Origin: Auanema rhodensis
Taxonomy: Eukaryota > Animalia > Nematoda
Length of the DNA: 64,000 nt
Direction of reading: 5' to 3'
NCBI GenBank assembly: GCA_964057225.1
Contig: OZ059898.1
Location: 3,286,001-3,350,000, forward strand
Position 1 is the first letter of the stretch; every line of letters starts with the position of its first letter. Under the pieces are notes generated by a model. The model was not told the DNA's origin. It did not search any database and saw only the letters and a list, made by a program, of their open reading frames with translations. A program made the position numbers and the translations under genes. This document shows positions 15,001-26,068 of the stretch, piece after piece.

Positions 15001-18000
15001 TAGTATAGTGCATTCGATGCGGATTTTTAAGCTGCGTCAATCTGTGTTATCAGATTTGCGCTAGCTTAAAAATGCACCGAGATATCAACTGATATAAGTT
15101 CACACTTATATCCTCGATTTTCACCCTGAAGAATTAATTTTTTCGTTGAATAACATTGTCCATCGTCTTTGCCTTGAAAAAAGGAATCTAAAAACATCTA
15201 CTTTTTGCTAAATTATTTTGAAATTTTTCGAAAAAATTTTTGTCAAAATGTTTTTGGAAGCAATGTTGAGTGTACATGGAAACTCAACATACACTAATGC
15301 ATCATTTTTCAAACAATCATAACTAATTTTTGTATCAAGCGTTTCTCAATGTAGTATAGTGCATTCGATGCGGATTTTTAAGCTGCGTCGATCTGTGTTA
15401 TCAGATTTGCGCTAGCTTAAAAATGCACCGAGATATCAACTGATATAAGTTCACACTTATATCCTCGATTTTCACCCTGAAGAATTAATTTTTTCGTTGA
15501 ATAACATTGTCCATCGTCTTTGCCTTGAAAAATGGAATCTAAAAACATCTACTTTTTGCTAAATTATTTTGAAATTTTTCGAAAAAATTTTTGTCAAAAT
15601 GTTTTTGGAAGTAATGTTGAGTGTACATGGAAACTCAACATACACTAATGCATCATTTTTCAAACGATCATAACTAATTTTTGTATCGAGCGTTTCTCAA
15701 TGTAGTATAGTGCATTCGATGCGGATTTTTAAGCTGCGTCAATCTGTGTTATCAGATTTGCGATAGCTTAAAAATGCACCGAGATATCAACTGATATAAG
15801 TTCACACTTATATCCTCGATTTTCACCCTGAAGAATTAATTTTTTCGTTGAATAACATTGTCCATCGTCTTTGCCTTGAAAAAAGGAATCTAAAAACATC
15901 TACTTTTTGCTAAATTATTTTGAAATTTTTCGAAAAAATTTTTGTCAAAATGTTTTTGGAAGCAATGTTGAGTGTACATGGAAACTCAACATACACTAAT
16001 GCATCATTTTTCAAACAATCATAACTAATTTTTGTATCAAGCGTTTCTCAATGTAGTATAGTGCATTCGATGCGGATTTTTAAGCTGCGTCGATCTGTGT
16101 TATCAGATTTGCGCTAGCTTAAAAATGCACCGAGATATCAACTGATATAAGTTCACACTTATATCCTCGATTTTCACCCTGAAGAATTAATTTTTTCGTT
16201 GAATAACATTGTCCATCGTCTTTGCCTTGAAAAATGGAATCTAAAAACATCTACTTTTTGCTAAATTATTTTGAAATTTTTCGAAAAAATTTTTGTCAAA
16301 ATGTTTTTGGAAGTAATGTTGAGTGTACATGGAAACTCAACATACACTAATGCATCATTTTTCAAACGATCATAACTAATTTTTGTATCGAGCGTTTCTC
16401 AATGTAGTATAGTGCATTCGATGCGGATTTTTAAGCTGCGTCAATCTGTGTTATCAGATTTGCGCTAGCTTAAAAATGCACCGAGATATCAACTGATATA
16501 AGTTCACACTTATATCCTCGATTTTCACCCTGAAGAATTAATTTTTTCGTTGAATAACATTGTCCATCGTCTTTGCCTTGAAAAAAGGAATCTAAAAACA
16601 TCTACTTTTTGCTAAATTATTTTGAAATTTTTCGAAAAAATTTTTGTCAAAATGTTTTTGGAAGCAATGTTGAGTGTACATGGAAACTCAACATACACTA
16701 ATGCATCATTTTTCAAACGATCATAACTAATTTTTGTATCAAGCGTTTCTCAATGTAGTATAGTGCATTCGATGCGGATTTGTAAGCTGCGTCGATCTGT
16801 GTTATCAGATTTGCGCTAACTTAAAAATGCACCGAGACATCAACTGATATAAGTTCACACTTATATCCTCGATTTTCACCCTGAAGAATTAATTTTTTCG
16901 TTGAATAACATTGTCCATCGTCTTTGCCTTGAAAAAAGGAATCTAAAAACATCTACTTTTTGCTAAATTATTTTGAAATTTTTCGAAAAAATTTTTGTCA
17001 AAATGTTTTTGGAAGCAATATTGAGTGTACATGGAAACTCAACATACACTAATGCATCATTTTTCAAACGATCATAACTAATTTTTGTATTAAGCGTTTC
17101 TCAATGTAGTATAGTGCATTCGATGCGGATTTTTAAGCTGCGTCAATCTGTGTTATCAGATTTGCGCTAGCTTAAAAATGCATCGAGATATCAACTGATA
17201 TAAGTTCACACTTATATCCTCGATTTTCACCCTGAAGAATTAATTTTTTCGTTGAATAACATTGTCTATCGTCTTTGCCTTGAAAAAAGGAATCTAAAAA
17301 CATCTACTTTTTGCTAAATTATTTTGAAATTTTTCGAAAAAATTTTTGTCAAAATGTTTTTGGAAGCAATGTTGAGTGTACATGGAAACTCAACATACAC
17401 TAATGCATCATTTTTCAAACGATCATAACTAATTTTTGTATCAAGCGTTTCTCAATGTAGTATAGTGCATTCGATGCGGATTTTTAAGCTGCGTCGATCT
17501 GTGTTATCAGATTTGCGCTAGCTTAAAAATGCACCGAGATATCAACTGATATAAGTTCACACTTATATCCTCGATTTTCACCCTGAAGAATTAATTTTTT
17601 CGTTGAATAACATTGTCCATCGTCTTTGCCTTGAAAAATGGAATCTAAAAACATCTACTTTTTGCTAAATTATTTTGAAATTTTTCGAAAAAATTTTTGT
17701 CAAAATGTTTTTGGAAGTAATGTTGAGTGTACATGGAAACTCAACATACACTAATGCATCATTTTTCAAACGATCATAACTAATTTTTGTATCGAGCGTT
17801 TCTCAATGTAGTATAGTGCATTCGATGCGGATTTTTAAGCTGCGTCAATCTGTGTTATCAGATTTGCGCTAGCTTAAAAATGCACCGAGATATCAACTGA
17901 TATAAGTTCACACTTATATCCTCGATTTTCACCCTGAAGAATTAATTTTTTCGTTGAATAACATTGTCCATCGTCTTTGCCTTGAAAAAAGGAATCTAAA

Positions 18001-21000
18001 AACATCTACTTTTTGCTAAATTATTTTGAAATTTTTCGAAAAAATTTTTGTCAAAATGTTTTTGGAAGCAATGTTGAGTGTACATGGAAACTCAACATAC
18101 ACTAATGCATCATTTTTCAAACAATCATAACTAATTTTTGTATCAAGCGTTTCTCAATGTAGTATAGTGCATTCGATGCGGATTTTTAAGCTGCGTCAAT
18201 CTGTGTTATCAGATTTGCGCTAGCTTAAAAATGCATCGAGATATCAACTGATATAAGTACACACTTATATCCTCGATTTTCACCCTGAAGAATTAATTTT
18301 TTCGTTGAATAACATTGTCCATCGTCTTTGCCTTGAAAAATGGAATCTAAAAACATCTACTTTTTGCTAAATTATTTTGAAATTTTTCGAAAAAATTTTT
18401 GTCAAAATGTTTTTGGAAGTAATGTTGAGTGTACATGGAAACTCAACATACACTAATGCATCATTTTTCAAACGATCATAACTAATTTTTGTATCGAGCG
18501 TTTCTCAATGTAGTATAGTGCATTCGATGCGGATTTTTAAGCTGCGTCAATCTGTGTTATCAGATTTGCGCTAGCTTAAAAATGCACCGAGATATCAACT
18601 GATATAAGTTCACACTTATATCCTCGATTTTCACCCTGAAGAATTAATTTTTTCGTTGAATAACATTGTCCATCGTCTTTGCCTTGAAAAAAGGAATCTA
18701 AAAACATCTACTTTTTGCTAAATTATTTTGAAATTTTTCGAAAAAATTTTTGTCAAAATGTTTTTGGAAGCAATGTTGAGTGTACATGGAAACTCAACAT
18801 ACACTAATGCATCATTTTTCAAACAATCATAACTAATTTTTGTATCAAGCGTTTCTCAATGTAGTATAGTGCATTCGATGCGGATTTTTAAGCTGCGTCG
18901 ATCTGTGTTATCAGATTTGCGCTAGCTTAAAAATGCACCGAGATATCAACTGATATAAGTTCACACTTATATCCTCGATTTTCACCCTGAAGAATTAATT
19001 TTTTCGTTGAATAACATTGTCCATCGTCTTTGCCTTGAAAAAAGGAATCTAAAAACATCTACTTTTTGCTAAATTATTTTGAAATTTTTCGAAAAAATTT
19101 TTGTCAAAATGTTTTTGGAAGCAATGTTGAGTGTACATGGAAACTCAACATACACTAATGCATCATTTTTCAAACAATCATAACTAATTTTTGTATCAAG
19201 CGTTTCTCAATGTAGTATAGTGCATTCGATGCGGATTTTAAGCTGCGTCGATCTGTGTTATCAGATTTGCGCTAGCTTAAAAATGCACCGAGATATCAAC
19301 TGATATAAGTTCACACTTATATCCTCGATTTTCACCCTGAAGAATTAATTTTTTCGTTGAATAACATTGTCCATCGTCTTTGCCTTGAAAAACGGAATCT
19401 AAAAACATCTACTTTTGCTAAATTATTTTGAAATTTTTCGAAAAAATTTTTGTCAAAATGTTTTTTTTCGAAAAAGTTTTTGTCAAAATGTTTTTGGAAG
19501 CAATATTGAGTGTACATGGAAACTCAACATACACTAATGCATCATTTTTCAAACGATCATAACTAATTTTTGTATCAAGCGTTTCTCAATGTAGTATAGT
19601 GCATTCGATGCGGATTTTTAAGCTGCGTCAATCTGTGTTATCAGATTTGCGCTAGCTTAAAAATGCATCGAGATATCAACTGATATAAGTTCACACTTAT
19701 ATCCTCGATTTTCACCCTGAAGAATTAATTTTTTCGTTGAATAACATTGTCTATCGTCTTTGCCTTGAAAAAAGGAATCTAAAAACATCTACTTTTTGCT
19801 AAATTATTTTGAAATTTTTCGAAAAAATTTTTGTCAAAATGTTTTTGGAAGCAATGTTGAGTGTACATGGAAACTCAACATACACTAATGCATCATTTTT
19901 CAAACGATCATAACTAATTTTTGTATCAAGCGTTTCTCAATGTAGTATAGTGCATTCGATGCGGATTTTTAAGCTGCGTCGATCTGTGTTATCAGATTTG
20001 CGCTAGCTTAAAAATGCACCGAGATATCAACTGATATAAGTTCACACTTATATCCTCGATTTTCACCCTGAAGAATTAATTTTTTCGTTGAATAACATTG
20101 TCCATCGTCTTTGCCTTGAAAAAAGGAATCTAAAAACATCTACTTTTTGCTAAATTATTTTGAAATTTTTCGAAAAAATTTTTGTCAAAATGTTTTTGGA
20201 AGCAATGTTGAGTGTACATGGAAACTCAACATACACTAATGCATCATTTTTCAAACAATCATAACTAATTTTTGTATCAAGCGTTTCTCAATGTAGTATA
20301 GTGCATTCGATGCGGATTTTTAAGCTGCGTCGATCTGTGTTATCAGATTTGCGCTAGCTTAAAAATGCACCGAGATATCAACTGATATAAGTTCACACTT
20401 ATATCCTCGATTTTCACCCTGAAGAATTAATTTTTTCGTTGAATAACATTGTCCATCGTCTTTGCCTTGAAAAACGGAATCTAAAAACATCTACTTTTGC
20501 TAAATTATTTTGAAATTTTTCGAAAAAATTTTTGTCAAAATGTTTTTGGAAGCAATGTTGAGTGTACATGGAAACTCAACATACACTAATGCATCATTTT
20601 TCAAACGATCATAACTAATTTTTGTATTGAGCGTTTCTCAATGTAGTATAGTGCATTCGATGCGGATTTTTAAGCTGCGTCGATCTGTGTTATCAGATTT
20701 GCGCTAGCTTAAAAATGCACCGAGATATCAACTGATATAAGTTCACACTTATATCCTCGATTTTCACCCTGAAGAATTAATTTTTTCGTTGAATAACATT
20801 GTCCATCGTCTTTGCCTTGAAAAACGGAATCTAAAAACATCTACTTTTGCTAAATTATTTTGAAATTTTTCGAAAAAATTTTTGTCAAAATGTTTTTGGA
20901 AGCAATGTTGAGTGTACATGGAAACTCAACATACACTAATGCATCATTTTTCAAACGATCATAACTAATTTTTGTATTGAGCGTTTCTTAATGTAGTATA

Positions 21001-24000
21001 GTGCATTCGATCCGGATTTTTAAGCTGCGTCGATCTGTGTTATCCGATTTGCGCTAGCTTAAAAATGCACCGAGATATCAACTGATATAAGTTCACACTT
21101 ATATCCTCGATTTTCACCCTGAAGAATTAATTTTTTCGTTGAATAACATTGTCCATCGTCTTTGCCTTGAAAAATGGAATCTAAAAACATCTTGTTTTTG
21201 CTAAATTATTTTGAAATTTTTCGAAAAAACTTTTGTCAAAATGTTTTTGGAAGCAATGTTGAGTGTACATGGAAACTCAACATACACTAATGCATCATTT
21301 TTCAAACGATCATAACTAATTTTTGTATCGAGCGTTTCTCAATGTAGTTTAGTGCATTCGATGCGGATTTTTGAGCTGCGTCGATCTGTGTTATCAGATT
21401 TGCGCTAACTTAAAAATGCACCGAGATATCAACTGATATAAGTTCACACTTATATCCTCGATTTTCACCCTGAAGAATTAATTTCTTCGTTGAATAACAT
21501 TGTCCATCGTCTTTGCCTTGAGAAATGGAATCTAAAAACATCTACTTTTTGCTAAATTATTTTGAAATTTTTCGAAAAAATTTTTGTCAAAATGTTTTTG
21601 GAAGCAATGTTGAGTGTACATGGAAACTCAACATACACTAATGCATCATTTTTCAAACGATCATAACTAATTTTTGTATTAAGCGTTTCTCAATGAAGTA
21701 TAGTGCATTCGATGCGGATTTTTAAGCTGCGTCGATCTGTGTTATCAGATTTGCGCTAGCTTAAAAATGCACCGAGATATCAACTGATATAAGTTCACAC
21801 TTATATCCTCGATTTTCACCCTGAAGAATTAATTTTTTCGTTGAATAACATTGTCCATCGTCTTTGCCTTGAAAAATGAAATCTAAAAACATCTACATTT
21901 TGCTAAATTATTTTGAAATTTTTCGAAAAAATTTTTGTCAAAATGTTTTTGGAAGCAATGTTGAGTGTACATGGAAACTCAACATACACTAATGCATCAT
22001 TTTTCAAACGATCATAACTAATTTTTGTATTGAGCGTTTCTCAATGTAGTATAGTGCATTCGATCCGGATTTTTAAGCTGCGTCGATCTGTGTTATCAGA
22101 TTTGCGCTAGCTTAAAAATGCACCGAGATATCAACTGATATAAGTTCACACTTATATCCTCGATTTTCACCCTGAAGAATTAATTTTTTCGTTGAATAAC
22201 ATTGTCCATCGTCTTTGCCTTGAAAAAAGGAATCTAAAAACATCTACTTTTTGCTAAATTATTTTGAAATTTTTCGAAAAAATTTTTGTCAAAATGTTTT
22301 TGGAAGCAATGTTGAGTGTACATGGAAACTCAACATACACTAATGCATCATTTTTCAAACGATCATAACTAATTTTTGTATTAAGCGTTTCTCAATGAAG
22401 TATAGTGCATTCGATGCGGATTTTTAAGCTGCGTCGATCTGTGTTATCAGATTTGCGCTAGCTTAAAAATGCACCGAGATATCAACTGATATAAGTTCAC
22501 ACTTATATCCTCGATTTTCACCCTGAAGAATTAATTTTTTCGTTGAATAACATTGTCCATCGTCTTTGCCTTGAAAAATGAAATCTAAAAACATCTACGT
22601 TTTGCTAAATTATTTTGAAATTTTTCGAAAAAATTTTTGTCAAAATGTTTTTGGAAGCAATGTTGAGTGTACATGGAAACTCAACATACACTAATGCATC
22701 ATTTTTCAAACGATCATAACTAATTTTTGTATTGAGCGTTTCTCAATGTAGTATAGTGCATTCGATCCGGATTTTTAAGCTGCGTCGATCTGTGTTATCA
22801 GATTTGCGCTAGCTTAAAAATGCACCGAGATATCAACTGATATAAGTTCACACTTATATCCTCGATTTTCACCCTGAAGAATTAATTTTTTCGTTGAATA
22901 ACATTGTCCATCGTCTTTGCCTTGAAAAAAGGAATCTAAAAACATCTACTTTTTGCTAAATTATTTTGAAATTTTTCGAAAAAATTTTTGTCAAAATGTT
23001 TTTGGAAGCAATGTTGAGTGTACATGGAAACTCAACATACACTAATGCATCATTTTTCAAACGATCATAACTAATTTTTGTATTAAGCGTTTCTCAATGA
23101 AGTATAGTGCATTCGATGCGGATTTTTAAGCTGCGTCGATCTGTGTTATCAGATTTGCGCTAGCTTAAAAATGCACCGAGATATCAACTGATATAAGTTC
23201 ACACTTATATCCTCGATTTTCACCCTGAAGAATTAATTTTTTCGTTGAATAACATTGTCCATCGTCTTTGCCTTGAAAAATGAAATCTAAAAACATCTAC
23301 GTTTTGCTAAATTATTTTGAAATTTTTCGAAAAAATTTTTGTCAAAATGTTTTTGGAAGCAATGTTGAGTGTACATGGAAACTCAACATACACTAATGCA
23401 TCATTTTTCAAACGATCATAACTAATTTTTGTATTGAGCGTTTCTCAATGTAGTATAGTGCATTCGATCCGGATTTTTAAGCTGCGTCGATCTGTGTTAT
23501 CAGATTTGCGCTAGCTTAAAAATGCACCGAGATATCAACTGATATAAGTTCACACTTATATCCTCGATTTTCACCCTGAAGAATTAATTTTTTTGTTGAA
23601 TAACATTGTCCATCGTCTTTGCCTTGAAAAAAAGAATCTAAAAACATCTACTTTTTGCTAAATTATTTTGAAATTTTTCGAAAAAATTTTTGTCAAAATG
23701 TTTTTGGAAGCAATGTTGAGTGTACATGGAAACTCAACATACACTAATGCATCATTTTTCAAACGATCATAACTAATTTTTGTATTAAGCGTTTCTCAAT
23801 GAAGTATAGTGCATTCGATGCGGATTTTTAAGCTGCGTCGATCTGTGTTATCAGATTTGCGCTAGCTTAAAAATGCACCGAGATATCAACTGATATAAGT
23901 TCACACTTATATCCTCGATTTTCACCCTGAAGAATTAATTTTTTCGTTGAATAACATTGTCCATCGTCTTTGCCTTGAAAAATGGAATCTAAAAACATCT

Positions 24001-25021
24001 ACGTTTTGCTAAATTATTTTGAAATTTTTCGAAAAAATTTTTGTCAAAATGTTTTTGGAAGCAATGTTGAGTGTACATGGAAACTCAACATACACAAATG
24101 CATCATTTTTCAAACGATCATAACTAATTTTTGTATTGAGCGTTTCTCAATGTAGTATAGTGCATTCGATCCGGATTTTTAAGCTGCGTCGATCTGTGTT
24201 ATCAGATTTGCGCTAGCTTAAAAATGCACCGAGATATCAACTGATATAAGTTCACACTTATATCCTCGATTTTCACCCTGAAGAATTAATTTTTTCGTTG
24301 AATAACTTTGTCCATCGTCTTTGCCTTGAAAAAAGGAATCTAAAAACATCTATTTTTTGCTAAATTATTTTGAAATTTTTCGAAAAAATTTTTGTCAAAA
24401 TGTTTTTGGAAGCAATGTTGAGTGTACATGGAAACTCAACATACACTAATGCATCATTTTTCAAACGATCATAACTAATTTTTGTATTGAGCGTTTCTCA
24501 ATGTAGTATAGTGCATTCGATCCGGATTTTTAAGCTGCGTCGATCTGTGTTATCCGATTTGCGCTAGCTTAAAAATGCACCGAGATATCAACTGATATAA
24601 GTTCACACTTATATCCTCGATTTTCACCCTGAAGAATTAATTTTTTCGTTGAATAACATTGTCCATCGTCTTTGCCTTGAAAAATGGAATCTAAAAACAT
24701 CTACTTTTTGCTAAATTATTTTGAAATTTTTCGAAAAAAGTTTTGTCAAAATGTTTTTGGAAGCAATGTTGAGTGTACATGGAAACTCAACATACACTAA
24801 TGCATCATTTTTCAAACGATCATAACTAATTTTTGTATTAAGCGTTTCTCAATGAAGTATAGTGCATTCGATGCGGATTTTTAAGCTGCGTCGATCTGTG
24901 TTATCAGATTTGCGCTAGCTTAAAAATGCACCGAGATATCAACTGATATAAGTTCACACTTATATCCTCGATTTTCACCCTGAAGAATTAATTTTTTCGT
25001 TGAATAACATTGTCCATCGTC
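1..25021. repeat. Tandem satellite DNA array, 351-bp monomer, ~71 copies (left arm, runs off the window start)
   Basis: The monomer starting TTGAATAACATTGTC recurs at 1, 352, 703 and onward with only scattered SNPs and 1-bp indels. The array stops mid-monomer at ...TGTCCATCGTC (25021). Confidence 0.99.
25016..25021 (+). repeat. Left target-site duplication ATCGTC
   Basis: ATCGTC occurs once at this position in an uninterrupted monomer but flanks both element ends. A 6-bp TSD is typical of Polintons. Confidence 0.97.
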
Positions 25022-25061
25022 AGTAGAGAGCCGTGCAAAATTTACTAACCACGCCCCCAAA

Positions 25062-25174
25062 CAGCTGTCAAAAACATACTTTTGGGGGCGTCAGCTGCTA
25101 AAAACATACTTTTGGGGCGCGTCAGCTGTCAAAAACATATTTTTGAGCGTCAGCTGTTAAAATCATATTTTGGG
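25062..25174 (+). repeat. Subterminal ~30-bp tandem repeat, 4 copies, each with CAGCTG (mirrored at ~40253..40365)
   Basis: Units resembling CAGCTG(T/C)(C/T)AAAAACATACTTTTGGGGGCGT, degenerating inward. Confidence 0.9.
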
Positions 25175-25523
25175 ATCATGGTTCATGGATTTTCCTTTTT
25201 TAAATTTAAAAATCATGATTTAAAGCATGATTTTTTTTTTTTAAATCAAATTTTAAATTTGTTTATTCAAATGTATGTATATAGTTTTAATTATTTTTAA
25301 ATATATTAAGTAAAAATAAAAATTATAAATTTTAAATATTTAAATATTTAAATATGTAAATTTGTTTTTTAAATTTTATTTATTTATTAAATTTATTAAT
25401 AATGTTTGTTTACTTATTTTGTTTATTTTTTATTGTATTGTGTTTGTATTGTTTTTATTTTAAAGAACAGTAAAATTTTTGCATGTATATCGTTTTGTTC
25501 ACCGTACTTGTTACGGGTAGTTC

Positions 25524-25672
25524 AATGGAACACATATCGAAGGTTAATTCGATAAGAACGATATGAAATACAAAATTTAATGGAACACATATCGAAGGTT
25601 AATTCGATAAGAACGATATAAAATACCAAAATTTAATGGAACACATATCGAAAGTTAATTCGATAAGAACGA
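25524..25672 (+). repeat. 55-56-bp tandem repeat, ~2.7 copies, inside the TIR (mirrored at ~39753..39901)
   Basis: AATGGAACACATATCGAAGGTTAATTCGATAAGAACGA starts at 25524, 25579 and 25635. Each copy contains the dyad TATCGAA-N6-TTCGATA. Confidence 0.9.
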
Positions 25673-26068
25673 CATTAAATTATTAATTTTTGAAATTACA
25701 AATTGTTATTAATTATATTTATTCTAACAAGTAAAAGGTTCAAATTATAATAAAAGATTAGTTTTAAACTTTATTTTACTAATATAACAATACAATAACT
25801 AAATAGAGCACACATTGAAGGTAAATACAATAAGATTAACAAACAGTTGCGCTGACCTCAATGAAGCGCATAAAGTTAATTTAATAAGAACTAATAACAA
25901 AAATTAATCCGACGGGTACAATAAAAACAGATGTATTCAATAAGCTTATTTATTTTAAAGTTTATCGCAACTGCTAGTTTTGACAGCTGTACCCAAATCC
26001 ATGTTACATAACAAATTACAATGCCAACAGCAATGTGTAGACTGATATATTCATTATATCAAGGTACA

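Larger units (their letters stand above)
25022..25861 (+). repeat. Left terminal inverted repeat (~840 bp)
   Basis: Reverse complement of 39564..40405; similarity ends after ...GCGCTGACCTCAA. By eye I found 2 substitutions and a T12 vs A14 homopolymer difference. Confidence 0.95.

Noticed and set aside
2432-19517. 61-65 aa ORFs inside the left satellite arm (2432, 3582, 12606, 14039, 19332)
   Set aside because: They arise only where a SNP or indel removes a stop in individual monomers; most copies are closed and there are no protein motifs.
1-25021. CRISPR array or tandem 5S/SL/tRNA gene cluster interpretation of the repeat
   Set aside because: There are no unique spacers, and I could not recognise 5S rRNA, a spliced-leader exon, a tRNA cloverleaf or Pol III boxes. 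An Rfam search would be the formal test.
25082-25300. 72-aa ORF in the left TIR
   Set aside because: Non-ATG start, runs through tandem repeats and a poly-T tract whose length differs by 2 nt in the other TIR.
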